This document shows positions 20,789 through 30,265 of a stretch of DNA of 64,000 nt, piece by piece. How positions within the stretch are numbered: position 1 is the first letter of the stretch; each line of letters starts with the position of its first letter. Location of the stretch: NCBI GenBank assembly GCA_963832165.1, contig CAWHTE010000011.1, positions 704,001 to 768,000 of the forward strand, given 5' to 3'. The notes under the pieces were generated by a model. That model was not told the origin of the DNA. It ran no database searches and saw only the letters and a program-made list of their open reading frames with translations. The position numbers were made by a program, and so were the translations under genes. This stretch comes from an uncultured delta proteobacterium (lineage in GTDB: Bacteria; Myxococcota_A; UBA9160; SMWR01).

Positions 20789-22032
20789 CACGAGCGGACC
20801 CCCTCGCGCCAGGCCAGGCGCAATCGCTTCGGCCCCCGGATCACCACAGAATCGACATAGTCGAGCACGGGTTCGCATCGAACCAGGTCGCCGAGGTGCG
20901 GCAGCAGCGCCTCGAGCAGGAGCCGACCTTCGAGGCGCGCGAGCGAGGCGCCCAGGCAGAAGTGGATGCCGAAGCCGAACGCGAGATGGCCTTGTGCGTC
21001 GCGCCTGACGTCGAAGCGGTCGGGATCGTCGAAGCGCTTGTCGTCGCGATTCGCGGATCCCTGCAGCGGCATCACGAGCGTCCCGGCCGGCAGCACGCGA
21101 CCTGCGATCTCCACGGCGCGCGTCGCACAGCGCACGAGCGCCTGCGACGGTGAGTCGTAACGGAGCGCCTCTTCGAGTGCCGGCTCCACGAGCGACGGAT
21201 CGGCGAGAACGCATTCCGCCTGCTGCGGGTGGTCGAGGAACGCGAGCACGAGATTCGACAGGAAGTTGGCGGTGTTCTCGTAGCCCGCGACCAGGAGCAT
21301 GAATACGAAGACGAGCACCTCGGCCGGTGTGAGGTCGGCATCGCCGGCCCGGACCACGGCGCTGATCAGATCCGGGCCCGGTTGCGTGCGGCGGCGCTCG
21401 ATCACGGGTACGAAGTACGCGGCGAACTCCTCGAACGAGGCAGCGAGCGCGGCCTCGGATCGCTCGCCCGCGCCCGTGGCGCCGTGGATCAGCGCGTCCG
21501 ACCAACGCTCGAAGTCGGCCCTGCGCTCCGTCTCGACGCCGAGGAGCTCCGCGGTGACGATCACGGGGAGCTCCATCGCGATCTCGCCGGCGAAGTCGAA
21601 CGTGTCGCGCGCGCGCGCGCGCGCGATCGCGGCCTCGATCACCTCGCGGATCCACGGCTCCAGCTTGGACACGCGCCGCGGCGTGAAGGCGCGGTTGACG
21701 ATCGCGCGCAGCGGCGGGTGAGCCGGTGGATCTTCCCCGACCAGCAGGCGCGCGCTGCGAAGCGCCGTGGGACCGAACGCTCCTGCGGAGTGGGCCGTGT
21801 TCGTGCGCGTCTGTGCGTCAAGCCCGATGCCCGCGAGCATCTGTGCCTTCCACGGCGCCGACGAGAACAGGTCGGTCCGCTTCAGCACGAACAGCACATC
21901 GTCGTAGCGCGAGATCAGGAACCATGGAGCACCGTCGGGTCGGTAGACCGGCGCGTGGCGCCGCAGCTCCGCATAGTGCGGATACGGATCGCGGCGCAGT
22001 TCGGTGCAGAAGGGGTCGAAGATCGGGTCCAT
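20788..22032 (-). CDS. Cytochrome P450
   Basis: EEALRY, SANRD, FGFGIHFCLG heme motif. Confidence 0.96.
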   Translation of the reverse strand: MDPIFDPFCTELRRDPYPHYAELRRHAPVYRPDGAPWFLISRYDDVLFVLKRTDLFSSAPWKAQMLAGIGLDAQTRTNTAHSAGAFGPTALRSARLLVGEDPPAHPPLRAIVNRAFTPRRVSKLEPWIREVIEAAIARARARDTFDFAGEIAMELPVIVTAELLGVETERRADFERWSDALIHGATGAGERSEAALAASFEEFAAYFVPVIERRRTQPGPDLISAVVRAGDADLTPAEVLVFVFMLLVAGYENTANFLSNLVLAFLDHPQQAECVLADPSLVEPALEEALRYDSPSQALVRCATRAVEIAGRVLPAGTLVMPLQGSANRDDKRFDDPDRFDVRRDAQGHLAFGFGIHFCLGASLARLEGRLLLEALLPHLGDLVRCEPVLDYVDSVVIRGPKRLRLAWREGVRS

Positions 22033-22056
22033 CTCGGCTCCCAGAACAGTGCTACG

Positions 22057-23451
22057 TCAGTCGGCCGCGCCCTCGTCCGCTACCCAGCGGACGAAGCGAT
22101 GCACGGGAACCATCGCGTCGTGCGGAAGACCGAAGCCGCTGCCCTCCATCCCCCCGCCGAGCGGAACGATGCGCTGCACTCCGGCCGCCGCCAACGCATC
22201 GCGCAGCGCCGTCTTGCGCGCCGGCGGATACACCCCGACGGTCTGCGTCGCGACGCTCGCGTAGCGCACCGCGTCGGCGAGATCCTCGACGGGTATCACG
22301 TTCACGGTCTTGGCGGTGGGATGGAAGTCGACCGGCTCGTCGGAGCGCACGACGAGCCCGCGCCCGTCGTAGCTGCCGAACACCCCGTAGATCGGCTCCA
22401 TCTCGCGCAGGACCTCGACCTCGTCGCGGAGCTCGAGCGGCGTTGCGGGTCCGCGCCCGGCCCCGTACGGGCGATCGATCGCGAGCTCCTCGGCCAGCAG
22501 CGCGCAGTAGCGATCGACATCCTCGACGCTCCCCTCTACGAACTGGTGGCGGCTGGCCGTGCAGGCATCCTGGTTGAGCACCGAGACGTCGGTCGCAGCC
22601 AGCGCGGCCACCTCGCGAAGCGTGGCCTCCGAGGCAAAGGCTTCGCGGCCGATCAGCGACATCGAGACCTTCGGGTCGAACGTGATCAGCTCGAATCCCG
22701 GGCCGAGATACTTCACCGCGTGTCGGATCGCGGCTTCGCCGCCCCACGCCACGAGCTTGTCGAAATACTGCGGTCGGTACAGGATCGATTCGACGCGCTC
22801 GTCTCCGCCGCGCCAGTACGCGGCCGAGAAGGAGCGCAGCACGGGGTGCTTCGGATCGATCTGGCCCATCGTGCGCAGGATCGCGGTGGCCGTGAACAGG
22901 TCGTTCGACGGCAGCTTGAGCAGATGCACGCCCTTCGTGAGCGCGCCGCGACCGATCGTGATCGCGGCCACGCCGGGTCCGTTTCCGGCCAGGATGTGCA
23001 CGATGCGCGGCGGGAACGCGCGCACACGCGAAACGCGTCCGCCCGGCTCGTGCACCGCGCGCCAACCGTCGAGCGCATCGCGGCCGATCGTCTGCTCGAT
23101 CTCGAATTCGAGCAGCTCCCGATCCATGAACTTTCCGAGATCGCGATAGCAGTTCTCGAGGATGCGCCGGCCGAGTGGATTGACCTGGACCATCGAAGCC
23201 AGCGCTTCCTGGAGGAACTCGTTGCGGTCGAGGTCGAGGCGTTCGCCCGTCTCCACGAGCAGATCGACGATCTCGGTCACGGGCACGGCGGCCGCGGGCG
23301 GCGGTTCGGAGCGCGGCCATACGAGCTCGTCGAGATCGAGCTTCGGCGTGGCGAAGTCAGCGCCCACGTCGCGCGACTTGTACTCGGTGTCGGCCCCGTG
23401 CACGGTGCGGCCCTGGATGACGTGAGGGACGGTGAGCCTGGCGGTTCCCAT
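22057..23451 (-). CDS. LuxC-like acyl-CoA/acyl-protein reductase (ALDH-like fold)
   Basis: HILAGN, LKLPSND, VAWGG, FDPKVS, NQDACTAS catalytic-Cys motif. Confidence 0.88.
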   Translation of the reverse strand: MGTARLTVPHVIQGRTVHGADTEYKSRDVGADFATPKLDLDELVWPRSEPPPAAAVPVTEIVDLLVETGERLDLDRNEFLQEALASMVQVNPLGRRILENCYRDLGKFMDRELLEFEIEQTIGRDALDGWRAVHEPGGRVSRVRAFPPRIVHILAGNGPGVAAITIGRGALTKGVHLLKLPSNDLFTATAILRTMGQIDPKHPVLRSFSAAYWRGGDERVESILYRPQYFDKLVAWGGEAAIRHAVKYLGPGFELITFDPKVSMSLIGREAFASEATLREVAALAATDVSVLNQDACTASRHQFVEGSVEDVDRYCALLAEELAIDRPYGAGRGPATPLELRDEVEVLREMEPIYGVFGSYDGRGLVVRSDEPVDFHPTAKTVNVIPVEDLADAVRYASVATQTVGVYPPARKTALRDALAAAGVQRIVPLGGGMEGSGFGLPHDAMVPVHRFVRWVADEGAAD

Positions 23452-23525
23452 CGGGGCCCCTTCGGCCGTCGCGCATGGCGCGAGCGCCGGTGCTGTTCGA
23501 GACCGTTTGACGACACAACTGGCTT

Positions 23526-24800
23526 TCAAGCGGGCCGCGGCGCGGGCTGGACCGGACTTTGCAGCCCGGGTCCGCGGGCCGGACCGAGCAGCGCGACGCC
23601 CGCCAGCGCGGCCAGCAGCAGCGCGATGAACGCCTGCAGGGCGAATGTATAGGTGCCGGTCTGGTCGTGTACGTAACCCGCGAATGGCGCTCCCGCGAGC
23701 AGGAGTGGTTGCTTGGCCAGGAAGCTGAGGCCCATGACGCGCCCGACTGCGCCGCGGCCGAATGCGTCTGCCACGAGCGCCGACCACGAAGGCACCAGGC
23801 CGCCCGTGGCGAGCCCCAACCCCGCGCTCGCGAGTACCACGCCCGCGACGCTCGGATCCGTCCATAGCACCACCGTCGCGAGTATCGCAGCGAGGACGCT
23901 GGCCGCGAGTGCGTACCGCACATCGATCCGGTCGGCGACGAGCGCAAAGCCGAGCTTTCCGGCGATGCCCGCCGCGGCAAGACACGACATCAGCGCCGCA
24001 GCCATTCCGGTGGAGAGCCCGCGATCGAGCGCGTACGGGACGAGGTGTGCGATCACGCCGCCGAGGGATCCCATCGTGAGCCCGAGGACGACGGCGAGCA
24101 CCCAGAACACGCGCGTGCCCGCGATGGTGCGCGTCGTCCAGGGATCGGACCGCGGCGCCACAGTCGCGCCGCTCGGGCCTGGTTCACCGTCGGGCAGGAT
24201 TCCGAGCTCGACGGGGCGGTCTCGCACGACGATCCACAGCAGGGGGATCAGCAGCGCGGCGGCACCGATGCCGAAGACCTCCAGCGCCACGCGCCACCCG
24301 AAGCGATCGATCAACAGTGCGAGCAGCGGCGGGATCGCGAGGCCACCTAGCGACGTGCCGGCCGCGGAGATCCCGAGCGCCCGCCCTAGCCGCTGCTCGA
24401 ACCAGTTTGCGGCGAGCTTGGTTGCGCTGAGCGGGCCCAGGATCGCACACCCCGGGGCGATGAAGACGACCGTGATCAACGCCAGCTGCCAGAGCGCGCT
24501 CGCGACACCCATCGCTGCGACGCCTGCACCTAGCAGGATCGCACCCCAGAGCATCGCGTAGCGCGCCGAGCCGGCGTCGAGCCAGCGCCCGATCACGGGT
24601 GAGACCAGTGCCTGACTACCCAGCACGAGCGTGGGACCTAGCGAGATCAGGGTTCGCGAAGCCTCGAACTCGGCCGCGATCGGCTTCAGGAAGAAGCCGA
24701 ACGAGTAGGAGTTCACCGCGGTGGCAATTCCCTGCGCCACCATCGTGGCCATCACGATGTTCCAGCCGTAGAACCACGGCGGGCGCGAGTCCACGAGCAC
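23526..24800 (-). CDS. MFS transporter (MCT/OFA-like)
   Basis: About 12 hydrophobic segments; FYGWNIV, NWFEQRLGRALG, ADRID. Confidence 0.9.
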   Translation of the reverse strand: MLVDSRPPWFYGWNIVMATMVAQGIATAVNSYSFGFFLKPIAAEFEASRTLISLGPTLVLGSQALVSPVIGRWLDAGSARYAMLWGAILLGAGVAAMGVASALWQLALITVVFIAPGCAILGPLSATKLAANWFEQRLGRALGISAAGTSLGGLAIPPLLALLIDRFGWRVALEVFGIGAAALLIPLLWIVVRDRPVELGILPDGEPGPSGATVAPRSDPWTTRTIAGTRVFWVLAVVLGLTMGSLGGVIAHLVPYALDRGLSTGMAAALMSCLAAAGIAGKLGFALVADRIDVRYALAASVLAAILATVVLWTDPSVAGVVLASAGLGLATGGLVPSWSALVADAFGRGAVGRVMGLSFLAKQPLLLAGAPFAGYVHDQTGTYTFALQAFIALLLAALAGVALLGPARGPGLQSPVQPAPRPA

Positions 24801-24941
24801 CTCCGCTCCACCGACCTGCGGGCGGCGTTACAGATTCGTACTATACATCACGGTATGTGGATGATGGGAGTCTTATTTCGGCTCATCGGCCCGTAGAATG
24901 CCCGATATACGGCCTTCTGCGCGGACTGTATTTATAGGCGA

Positions 24942-24955
24942 ATGAGTCATATAAT
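24942..24955 (+). promoter_or_regulatory. -10 box TATAAT with abutting palindrome ATGAGTCAT
   Basis: ATGA-G-TCAT 24942-24950 overlapping TATAAT 24950-24955, 30 nt upstream of the LuxE-like gene. Confidence 0.45.
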
Positions 24956-24985
24956 CGAACCAGAACGCCCGCCGCGAGGATCCGC

Positions 24986-26347
24986 ATGCCGTCGGCCGTC
25001 GAGCAGCTCACCCGTCTCATGACCGAGCGAGATCCCTACCGCATCCCGCAGCGCGACATCTCGACACTACAGGTCGAGGCGCTCGGGGAATCGCTGCGCG
25101 ACCGGCGTCGCCAGATCCGGGTGCTCGACCGGCGCGCGAAGGAGTTGGGCATAGGATCGGTCCATTCGCCCGAGGACCTCGTGCCGCTGCTCTTCGCGCA
25201 CACGACCTACAAGAGCTACCCGGAGGCGTTGATCGAGAAGAAACGCTGGAAGCATCTCGCCACATGGGTCGACGCGCTCTCCACACAGCGCGTCGAGCTC
25301 GAGAAACTCGACCTCGACGGCGTCGACGACGTCGACGAGTTCCTCGCCCGCATGCACCGCGGCGGTCACTATGTGTTCTGCACCAGCGGCACCTCGGGCA
25401 AGTGCTCGTTCCTGAATCAGACTATGCGCGACCTCGAGATTACGCGCACCGTCATGGTCGACACGGTGCGCTGGGTGACCGGCTTCGAGCCCAGGCAGGA
25501 CCGCGCCACCTTCGTGCTCGGTCCCCACGAGTCGCCGACCCGCTACGGGCAGCTGTTCGGCGGCGTGGTCGAAGCGTACGGACGCCCCGACGCACGCTAC
25601 TACCTGTTCGACGAGCCGCTGCGTATGGCTGATCTGAATCGCATGGGTGTGCTGCGCCGTCGGATCGCGGAGGGCACCGCGACGCCGAGCGAGATCGAGG
25701 CTGCCGAGCGCGACGCGCTCGACCGTCAGGCGCGCATGGAGCGGCGCCTGCTGTCGCTGGTCGACGACATCCTCGCCCTTCGCTCCGAGCCCATGATCCT
25801 GCAGGGTCTGTGGGCGCAGTTCTGGTCGATCGTCCAGACCGCCCGCGAGCGCGGAATCGGCGACGGCCAGTTCCATCCCGAGACCGCGATGTTCGTAGGC
25901 GGCGGTCTCAAGGGCGTCGCGCTGCCCGACGACCACCGCGAGCAGATCCAGCGCTTCTTCGGAGTCGATCGGGGCCGCCTGATCGATGTCTATGGAATGC
26001 AGGAGATGGGCGCGGCATTTCCGCGCTGTGGAGCCGGCCGCTACCACCGGCCGCCGTGGGTCGTACTGTTCGTCCTCGATCGCGCCGGAGAGCGCCTGCT
26101 CAATCCTGCCGACGACCGGGGCGAGGTCGAGGGACGCATGGGCTTCTTCGACTTTTCGGTCGACGGGCGCTGGGGCGGATTGATCTCGGGCGATCAGATC
26201 ACCGTCGATTTCTCGCCGTGCCCGTGCGGGCGGCCGAGCCCCACCGTGGAGCGCGTGGCCCGTTACATGGATCTGGCAGAGGGCGACGACCGGCTCAGCT
26301 GCTCGGCGACCGTGGAGAGTTATGTGCGCGGCGTGATCGCGAACTAG
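24986..26347 (+). CDS. LuxE-like acyl-protein synthetase (adenylate-forming)
   Basis: TSGTSGK P-loop, YGMQE, ISGD, CPCGR, C-terminal Cys (DDRLSC); near LuxC-like gene. Confidence 0.72.
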   Translation: MPSAVEQLTRLMTERDPYRIPQRDISTLQVEALGESLRDRRRQIRVLDRRAKELGIGSVHSPEDLVPLLFAHTTYKSYPEALIEKKRWKHLATWVDALSTQRVELEKLDLDGVDDVDEFLARMHRGGHYVFCTSGTSGKCSFLNQTMRDLEITRTVMVDTVRWVTGFEPRQDRATFVLGPHESPTRYGQLFGGVVEAYGRPDARYYLFDEPLRMADLNRMGVLRRRIAEGTATPSEIEAAERDALDRQARMERRLLSLVDDILALRSEPMILQGLWAQFWSIVQTARERGIGDGQFHPETAMFVGGGLKGVALPDDHREQIQRFFGVDRGRLIDVYGMQEMGAAFPRCGAGRYHRPPWVVLFVLDRAGERLLNPADDRGEVEGRMGFFDFSVDGRWGGLISGDQITVDFSPCPCGRPSPTVERVARYMDLAEGDDRLSCSATVESYVRGVIAN

Positions 26348-26371
26348 CGATCGGCCGTTCGGCCACGAGCC

Positions 26372-28111
26372 TCATGCCGAGACGACGCGCGCTGCCGCCC
26401 GCTCCGCGGACGGCTGTGTGTCGCGACCCGCGCGGAGCACCGTGCCGGGCAGCTGCCCCGTGTGCGCGCCGCCGCGCACGATCTCGACTCCATTGACGAT
26501 CACCGCGTCGATGCCCTCCGCGTCGGCATAGAGTCGACCCGCACCGGCGGGCAGGTCGAAGCGCGTGTAGATCGGTCCGCAGCGGATCGCCGCGGGATCG
26601 AACACGACGACATCCGCCCACCAACCGGGCTGAAGGCGCCCGCGCTCGCGCAGACCGCATAGCGTTGCGGGCCGCTCAGTGAGCAGGTGGACGGCTTGCT
26701 CGAGGCCGAGCAGCCCGTGCTCGCGCACACCGCGCGACAGCACCTGGGTGGAGAACGCGAAGCTGTCGATCATGTCGAGATGCGCGCCCGCGTCGGATCC
26801 GCCGATCACGGTGCGGTCGTCGAGCCAGACCTTCCCGCGTTCGGCCCAGCTCTCCGCGTCGTCGCCGCGGGTCGGAGACAGGAAAGACGTGCGCAGTCCC
26901 TCGGACAACGCGAGATCGAGCATCGCGTCGAGCGGGGACTTTCCGAGCTCCCGCGCCATCTCGCCGACCGTGAGCCCCTTCCATTTCTCGTTGGCCGGGT
27001 CGAACGTCTCCACGATCGTGAGCGCCGCCCAGTCGGCGAGCGCACGCAGCTGAGGGTGGGCCGCCCGTTCGGCGCTCTTCGCCAACGCCTCGCGCAGATC
27101 CGGATCGCGCAGCGCCAGCATGCGTTCGTCCACTGGCAGCCCCAGCGGCTCGTTCCAGCCGGGCAGGGCGTCGAAACCGAAGCCGCTCAGCAGGTTGATG
27201 CGCACGGTCATCGGCTGCGGGATCGCGAGTGCGACCACCTCAGCGCCGCGCTCGCGGGCGTAGTCGGTGGCCGCCAGCTGGGCGCGTACGATCTCCCGGG
27301 TGTCGCGGTCCGCCACGAGCGCATTCCACGCGAGCGGCGCTCGCGCGGCGAGCGACATCTCCGCCATGAGCTGTGTTGCCTCCGCACCGAAATCGCCAAT
27401 CCCCGGCAGGAAGCCCAGCATCGTACCCGGAAACTCCGCGCAAACGCGCGAGAGCGCGAGCATCTCCTCGCGGCTCGCGTGCCGCGAAGGTACGGGCTGC
27501 CCCTCGGCGTCATTGTGCGTGGGCGAAAGCGTCGAGGAGAAGCCGAGCCCGCCGTCGGCCAGCGAGCGCGCCAGCAGGCTGCACATCGACTCGAGGTCGT
27601 CGGCACTGGCGCGCTCCCCTATCGCGCGCTCGCCCATCACCACGCGCCGCAGCGCCGAATGCCCGACCAGGAAGCCCGCGTTGATACCGACGCGGCGTTC
27701 GAGGCGGTCCAGGTACTCGCCGAAGCCGTGCCAGTCCCATGGCACTCCAGCCCGGAGACTGTCGAGCGGCATTCCCTCGACGCGTGCCAGCATGCGCATC
27801 AGATAGGGAGCCGCTTCGCCGGCGAGCGGTGCGATCGTGAAGCCGCAGTTTCCGCCGATCACCGTCGTCACGCCGTGGAAGCACGACGGCGAGAGCGCTC
27901 CGTCCCAGAACACCTGGGCGTCGTAGTGAGTGTGGGCGTCGACGAAGCCCGGCGACACGACGCGTCCGTCGGCGTCGATCGTGTGCGACGCTGCTTCGTC
28001 CACGCGTCCGATGGCCGCGATCCGTCCGCCGCGGATGCCGAGATCACCTCGTTGCGCGGGGCGCCCCATCCCATCGACGAGATTTCCGCCCACGATCTTG
28101 ATGTCGAGCAT
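26372..28111 (-). CDS. N-acyl-D-amino-acid deacylase family amidohydrolase
   Basis: PGFVDAHTHYD, HGVTTVIGGNCG, SDAGAH. Confidence 0.92.
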   Translation of the reverse strand: MLDIKIVGGNLVDGMGRPAQRGDLGIRGGRIAAIGRVDEAASHTIDADGRVVSPGFVDAHTHYDAQVFWDGALSPSCFHGVTTVIGGNCGFTIAPLAGEAAPYLMRMLARVEGMPLDSLRAGVPWDWHGFGEYLDRLERRVGINAGFLVGHSALRRVVMGERAIGERASADDLESMCSLLARSLADGGLGFSSTLSPTHNDAEGQPVPSRHASREEMLALSRVCAEFPGTMLGFLPGIGDFGAEATQLMAEMSLAARAPLAWNALVADRDTREIVRAQLAATDYARERGAEVVALAIPQPMTVRINLLSGFGFDALPGWNEPLGLPVDERMLALRDPDLREALAKSAERAAHPQLRALADWAALTIVETFDPANEKWKGLTVGEMARELGKSPLDAMLDLALSEGLRTSFLSPTRGDDAESWAERGKVWLDDRTVIGGSDAGAHLDMIDSFAFSTQVLSRGVREHGLLGLEQAVHLLTERPATLCGLRERGRLQPGWWADVVVFDPAAIRCGPIYTRFDLPAGAGRLYADAEGIDAVIVNGVEIVRGGAHTGQLPGTVLRAGRDTQPSAERAAARVVSA

Positions 28112-28253
28112 GATTTCCTCCTCGCACTGCAGTGAAAGTGTCGTCTTCGTGCCGGGTCGATTTCGTCGGCGCCGTGCGCGCGGCCGAGCGGGTGCTCTCG
28201 CGCCGAGTCCGTGCGGCTGTGGTGTGCGGCTGCCGGCCGATACTCTCTGCCGC

Positions 28254-29636
28254 ATGCCCGCACCGCACCTGGCCGTTCACGCGATGCTCGGACTCGCCAT
28301 GGTGTTGGTCGCGCTGGGGTGCTCGCGATCGGTCGAGCGCCCGGACGTGCTGCTGATCACGGTCGACACGCTGCGCGCCGATCACGTGTCGAACTACGGG
28401 TTCGTGCTCGAGACCACGCCGAGTATCGACTCGCTCGCCGAGCGAGGCGTCGTGTTCGAGCGGGCAATCGCCGCCGCGAGCACCACGGCGCCCGCGCACG
28501 CGTCGATCATGACCTCGCGCTACACACGCGGTCATTCGATCGGCTTCCTCAACGACGGCTCGCGGCTCGAGGGCGGCGTTACGCTCGCCGAGATCTTCCG
28601 CGATTACGGCTACCGCACCGCCGGGTTCGTCGGAAATCCGGTTCTGCAACGGCGCAACGGCTTCGACCGCGGCTTTGAGTCCTACGACGACAAGCTGCTC
28701 ACGCCGGAGCTGAATCGCGCCGCCCGTTTCCGCGAGCGACGCGCCGACGACACGACGGCACGCGCGCTCGGCTGGCTCGAGGCGCATTCGCGCGACGAGC
28801 CCATTCTTCTCTGGGTCCACTACCAGGACCCGCACGGTCCGTATGCCCCGCCGCCCGAATTCACGGGCCGCTTCCAGCTGCCTGCGCGCGAAGGCGAACG
28901 CGAGCTCCCGGTCGCGCAGAGTGAGCTGCCCTGGGACGCGATTCCCGCGTACCAGAAGCTCGCGGGGCTGTCCCGCCCGAGCGAGTACCGCGGCCGCTAC
29001 GCGGACGAGATCTTCTACACCGACCACTCGATCGGCCGGCTCGTCGCGGCATTCGAGGTGCGGCGACGGCCGGCCGTGATCCTGCTCACGGCCGACCATG
29101 GCGAGAGCCTCGGCGAGGACGGCCGCTACTTCATGCACGGCTTCGCGACCACGCCGCAGCTCGCCCACGTTCCCTTCATCCTCGTGGCGCCGGGGCTGCC
29201 GCCGTCGCGGCGCCGCGAGCTCGTGCACCACGTCGACGTGATGCCCACGCTGCTCGATCTGGCCGGGATCGCCATTCCGGACGGCGCTCGCGGTCTGTCG
29301 CTCGCTGGACCTGCGCGCGACGGGCGGCCGCTCCCGGATCGCGTCGTCTATTGCGACATCGGTAGCGAGGTGGCGGCGTATCGCGGCGGACAGATGCTTC
29401 GTGCGCTCGGGGTGCTCGGTGCATGGTCGCGGTCGCGCGATGCGGCCGAGCCGCTCTGGCAGACCTACGAGTGGCGTCGCGACGGGTCCTGGTCGCGGGT
29501 GCAAAGTGGCGAGGGGCCCGGCTCGGAGGTGCGCGCCTATCTCGCCGACGCGGTTCCCCTCGCACGGACCCCGCTGACGCCCGGAGAGATCGAGCAGCTG
29601 CGCGCGCTCGGTTATGCGGTGGGTGACGAGCACTGA
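28254..29636 (+). CDS. Sulfatase-like hydrolase/transferase lipoprotein
   Basis: Lipobox LGC; VLLITVDTLRADH, HYQDPHGPY, TADHGE, LRALGY. Confidence 0.88.
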   Translation: MPAPHLAVHAMLGLAMVLVALGCSRSVERPDVLLITVDTLRADHVSNYGFVLETTPSIDSLAERGVVFERAIAAASTTAPAHASIMTSRYTRGHSIGFLNDGSRLEGGVTLAEIFRDYGYRTAGFVGNPVLQRRNGFDRGFESYDDKLLTPELNRAARFRERRADDTTARALGWLEAHSRDEPILLWVHYQDPHGPYAPPPEFTGRFQLPAREGERELPVAQSELPWDAIPAYQKLAGLSRPSEYRGRYADEIFYTDHSIGRLVAAFEVRRRPAVILLTADHGESLGEDGRYFMHGFATTPQLAHVPFILVAPGLPPSRRRELVHHVDVMPTLLDLAGIAIPDGARGLSLAGPARDGRPLPDRVVYCDIGSEVAAYRGGQMLRALGVLGAWSRSRDAAEPLWQTYEWRRDGSWSRVQSGEGPGSEVRAYLADAVPLARTPLTPGEIEQLRALGYAVGDEH

Positions 29637-30139
29637 TCCTCTCGCTGCGGCCTCTCACGGTGCCGTGCGAACGCGCCGAATCCCGATCGCAGATAGAGCA
29701 GGGGCGGCCGGTCGTAGGTCGCGACGTGGTCGGCACGGCCCACGTGGATGACGTGGTCCCCCGCATCGACGTTGTCGAGCGTGACGCAGTCGATGCTCGC
29801 GACCACGCCGGGAATCAGCGGTGCACCCGTGACGCCGCGCCCGCAGCTCAGGCCCTGGAAGCGCGTTGCTTCGCGCGTCTTGTCGGCGAAGTGCAGGGCG
29901 AGATCCGCCTGATCCGCGGCGAGGATGTTGACGGCGAAGCACCCGCTGCGCTGAAGGAGCGCGTGCGTGTTCGAGGTCTTGTCGGCGCAGATCAGCACGA
30001 GGGGCGGGTCGAGCGAGACGCTGCTGAACGCCGACACGGTCATGCCCTGGATCTCGTCTCCGGCCCGAGTCGTGACGATCGCAACGCCACTGGGCCAGGA
30101 ACCCAGTGCGCGTTTGAAGCCGTCCGAAAGCACAGGCAT
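29612..30139 (-). CDS. Flavin reductase (HpaC/RutF-like)
   Basis: GVAIVTT, GMTVSAFSSVSLDPPLV, AGDHVIHVG. Confidence 0.93.
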   Translation of the reverse strand: MPVLSDGFKRALGSWPSGVAIVTTRAGDEIQGMTVSAFSSVSLDPPLVLICADKTSNTHALLQRSGCFAVNILAADQADLALHFADKTREATRFQGLSCGRGVTGAPLIPGVVASIDCVTLDNVDAGDHVIHVGRADHVATYDRPPLLYLRSGFGAFARHRERPQREDQCSSPTA

Positions 30140-30265
30140 GCTCAGTTTCCTTTGTGCGCTCCAAAGCAGTGTGCCGATTTTTGTCACATTTTGGTAGGGT
30201 ACTCGGAGTCTCGGTACGGCGGGGAGCGAGGAACCCTCGCCCCACTCGACAGGAGGAACCATCGA

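Noticed and set aside
17510..26347. Bioluminescence (luxCDABE) operon
   Set aside because: Single LLM of the generic/F420-like type, no LuxAB pair or LuxD, and different gene order
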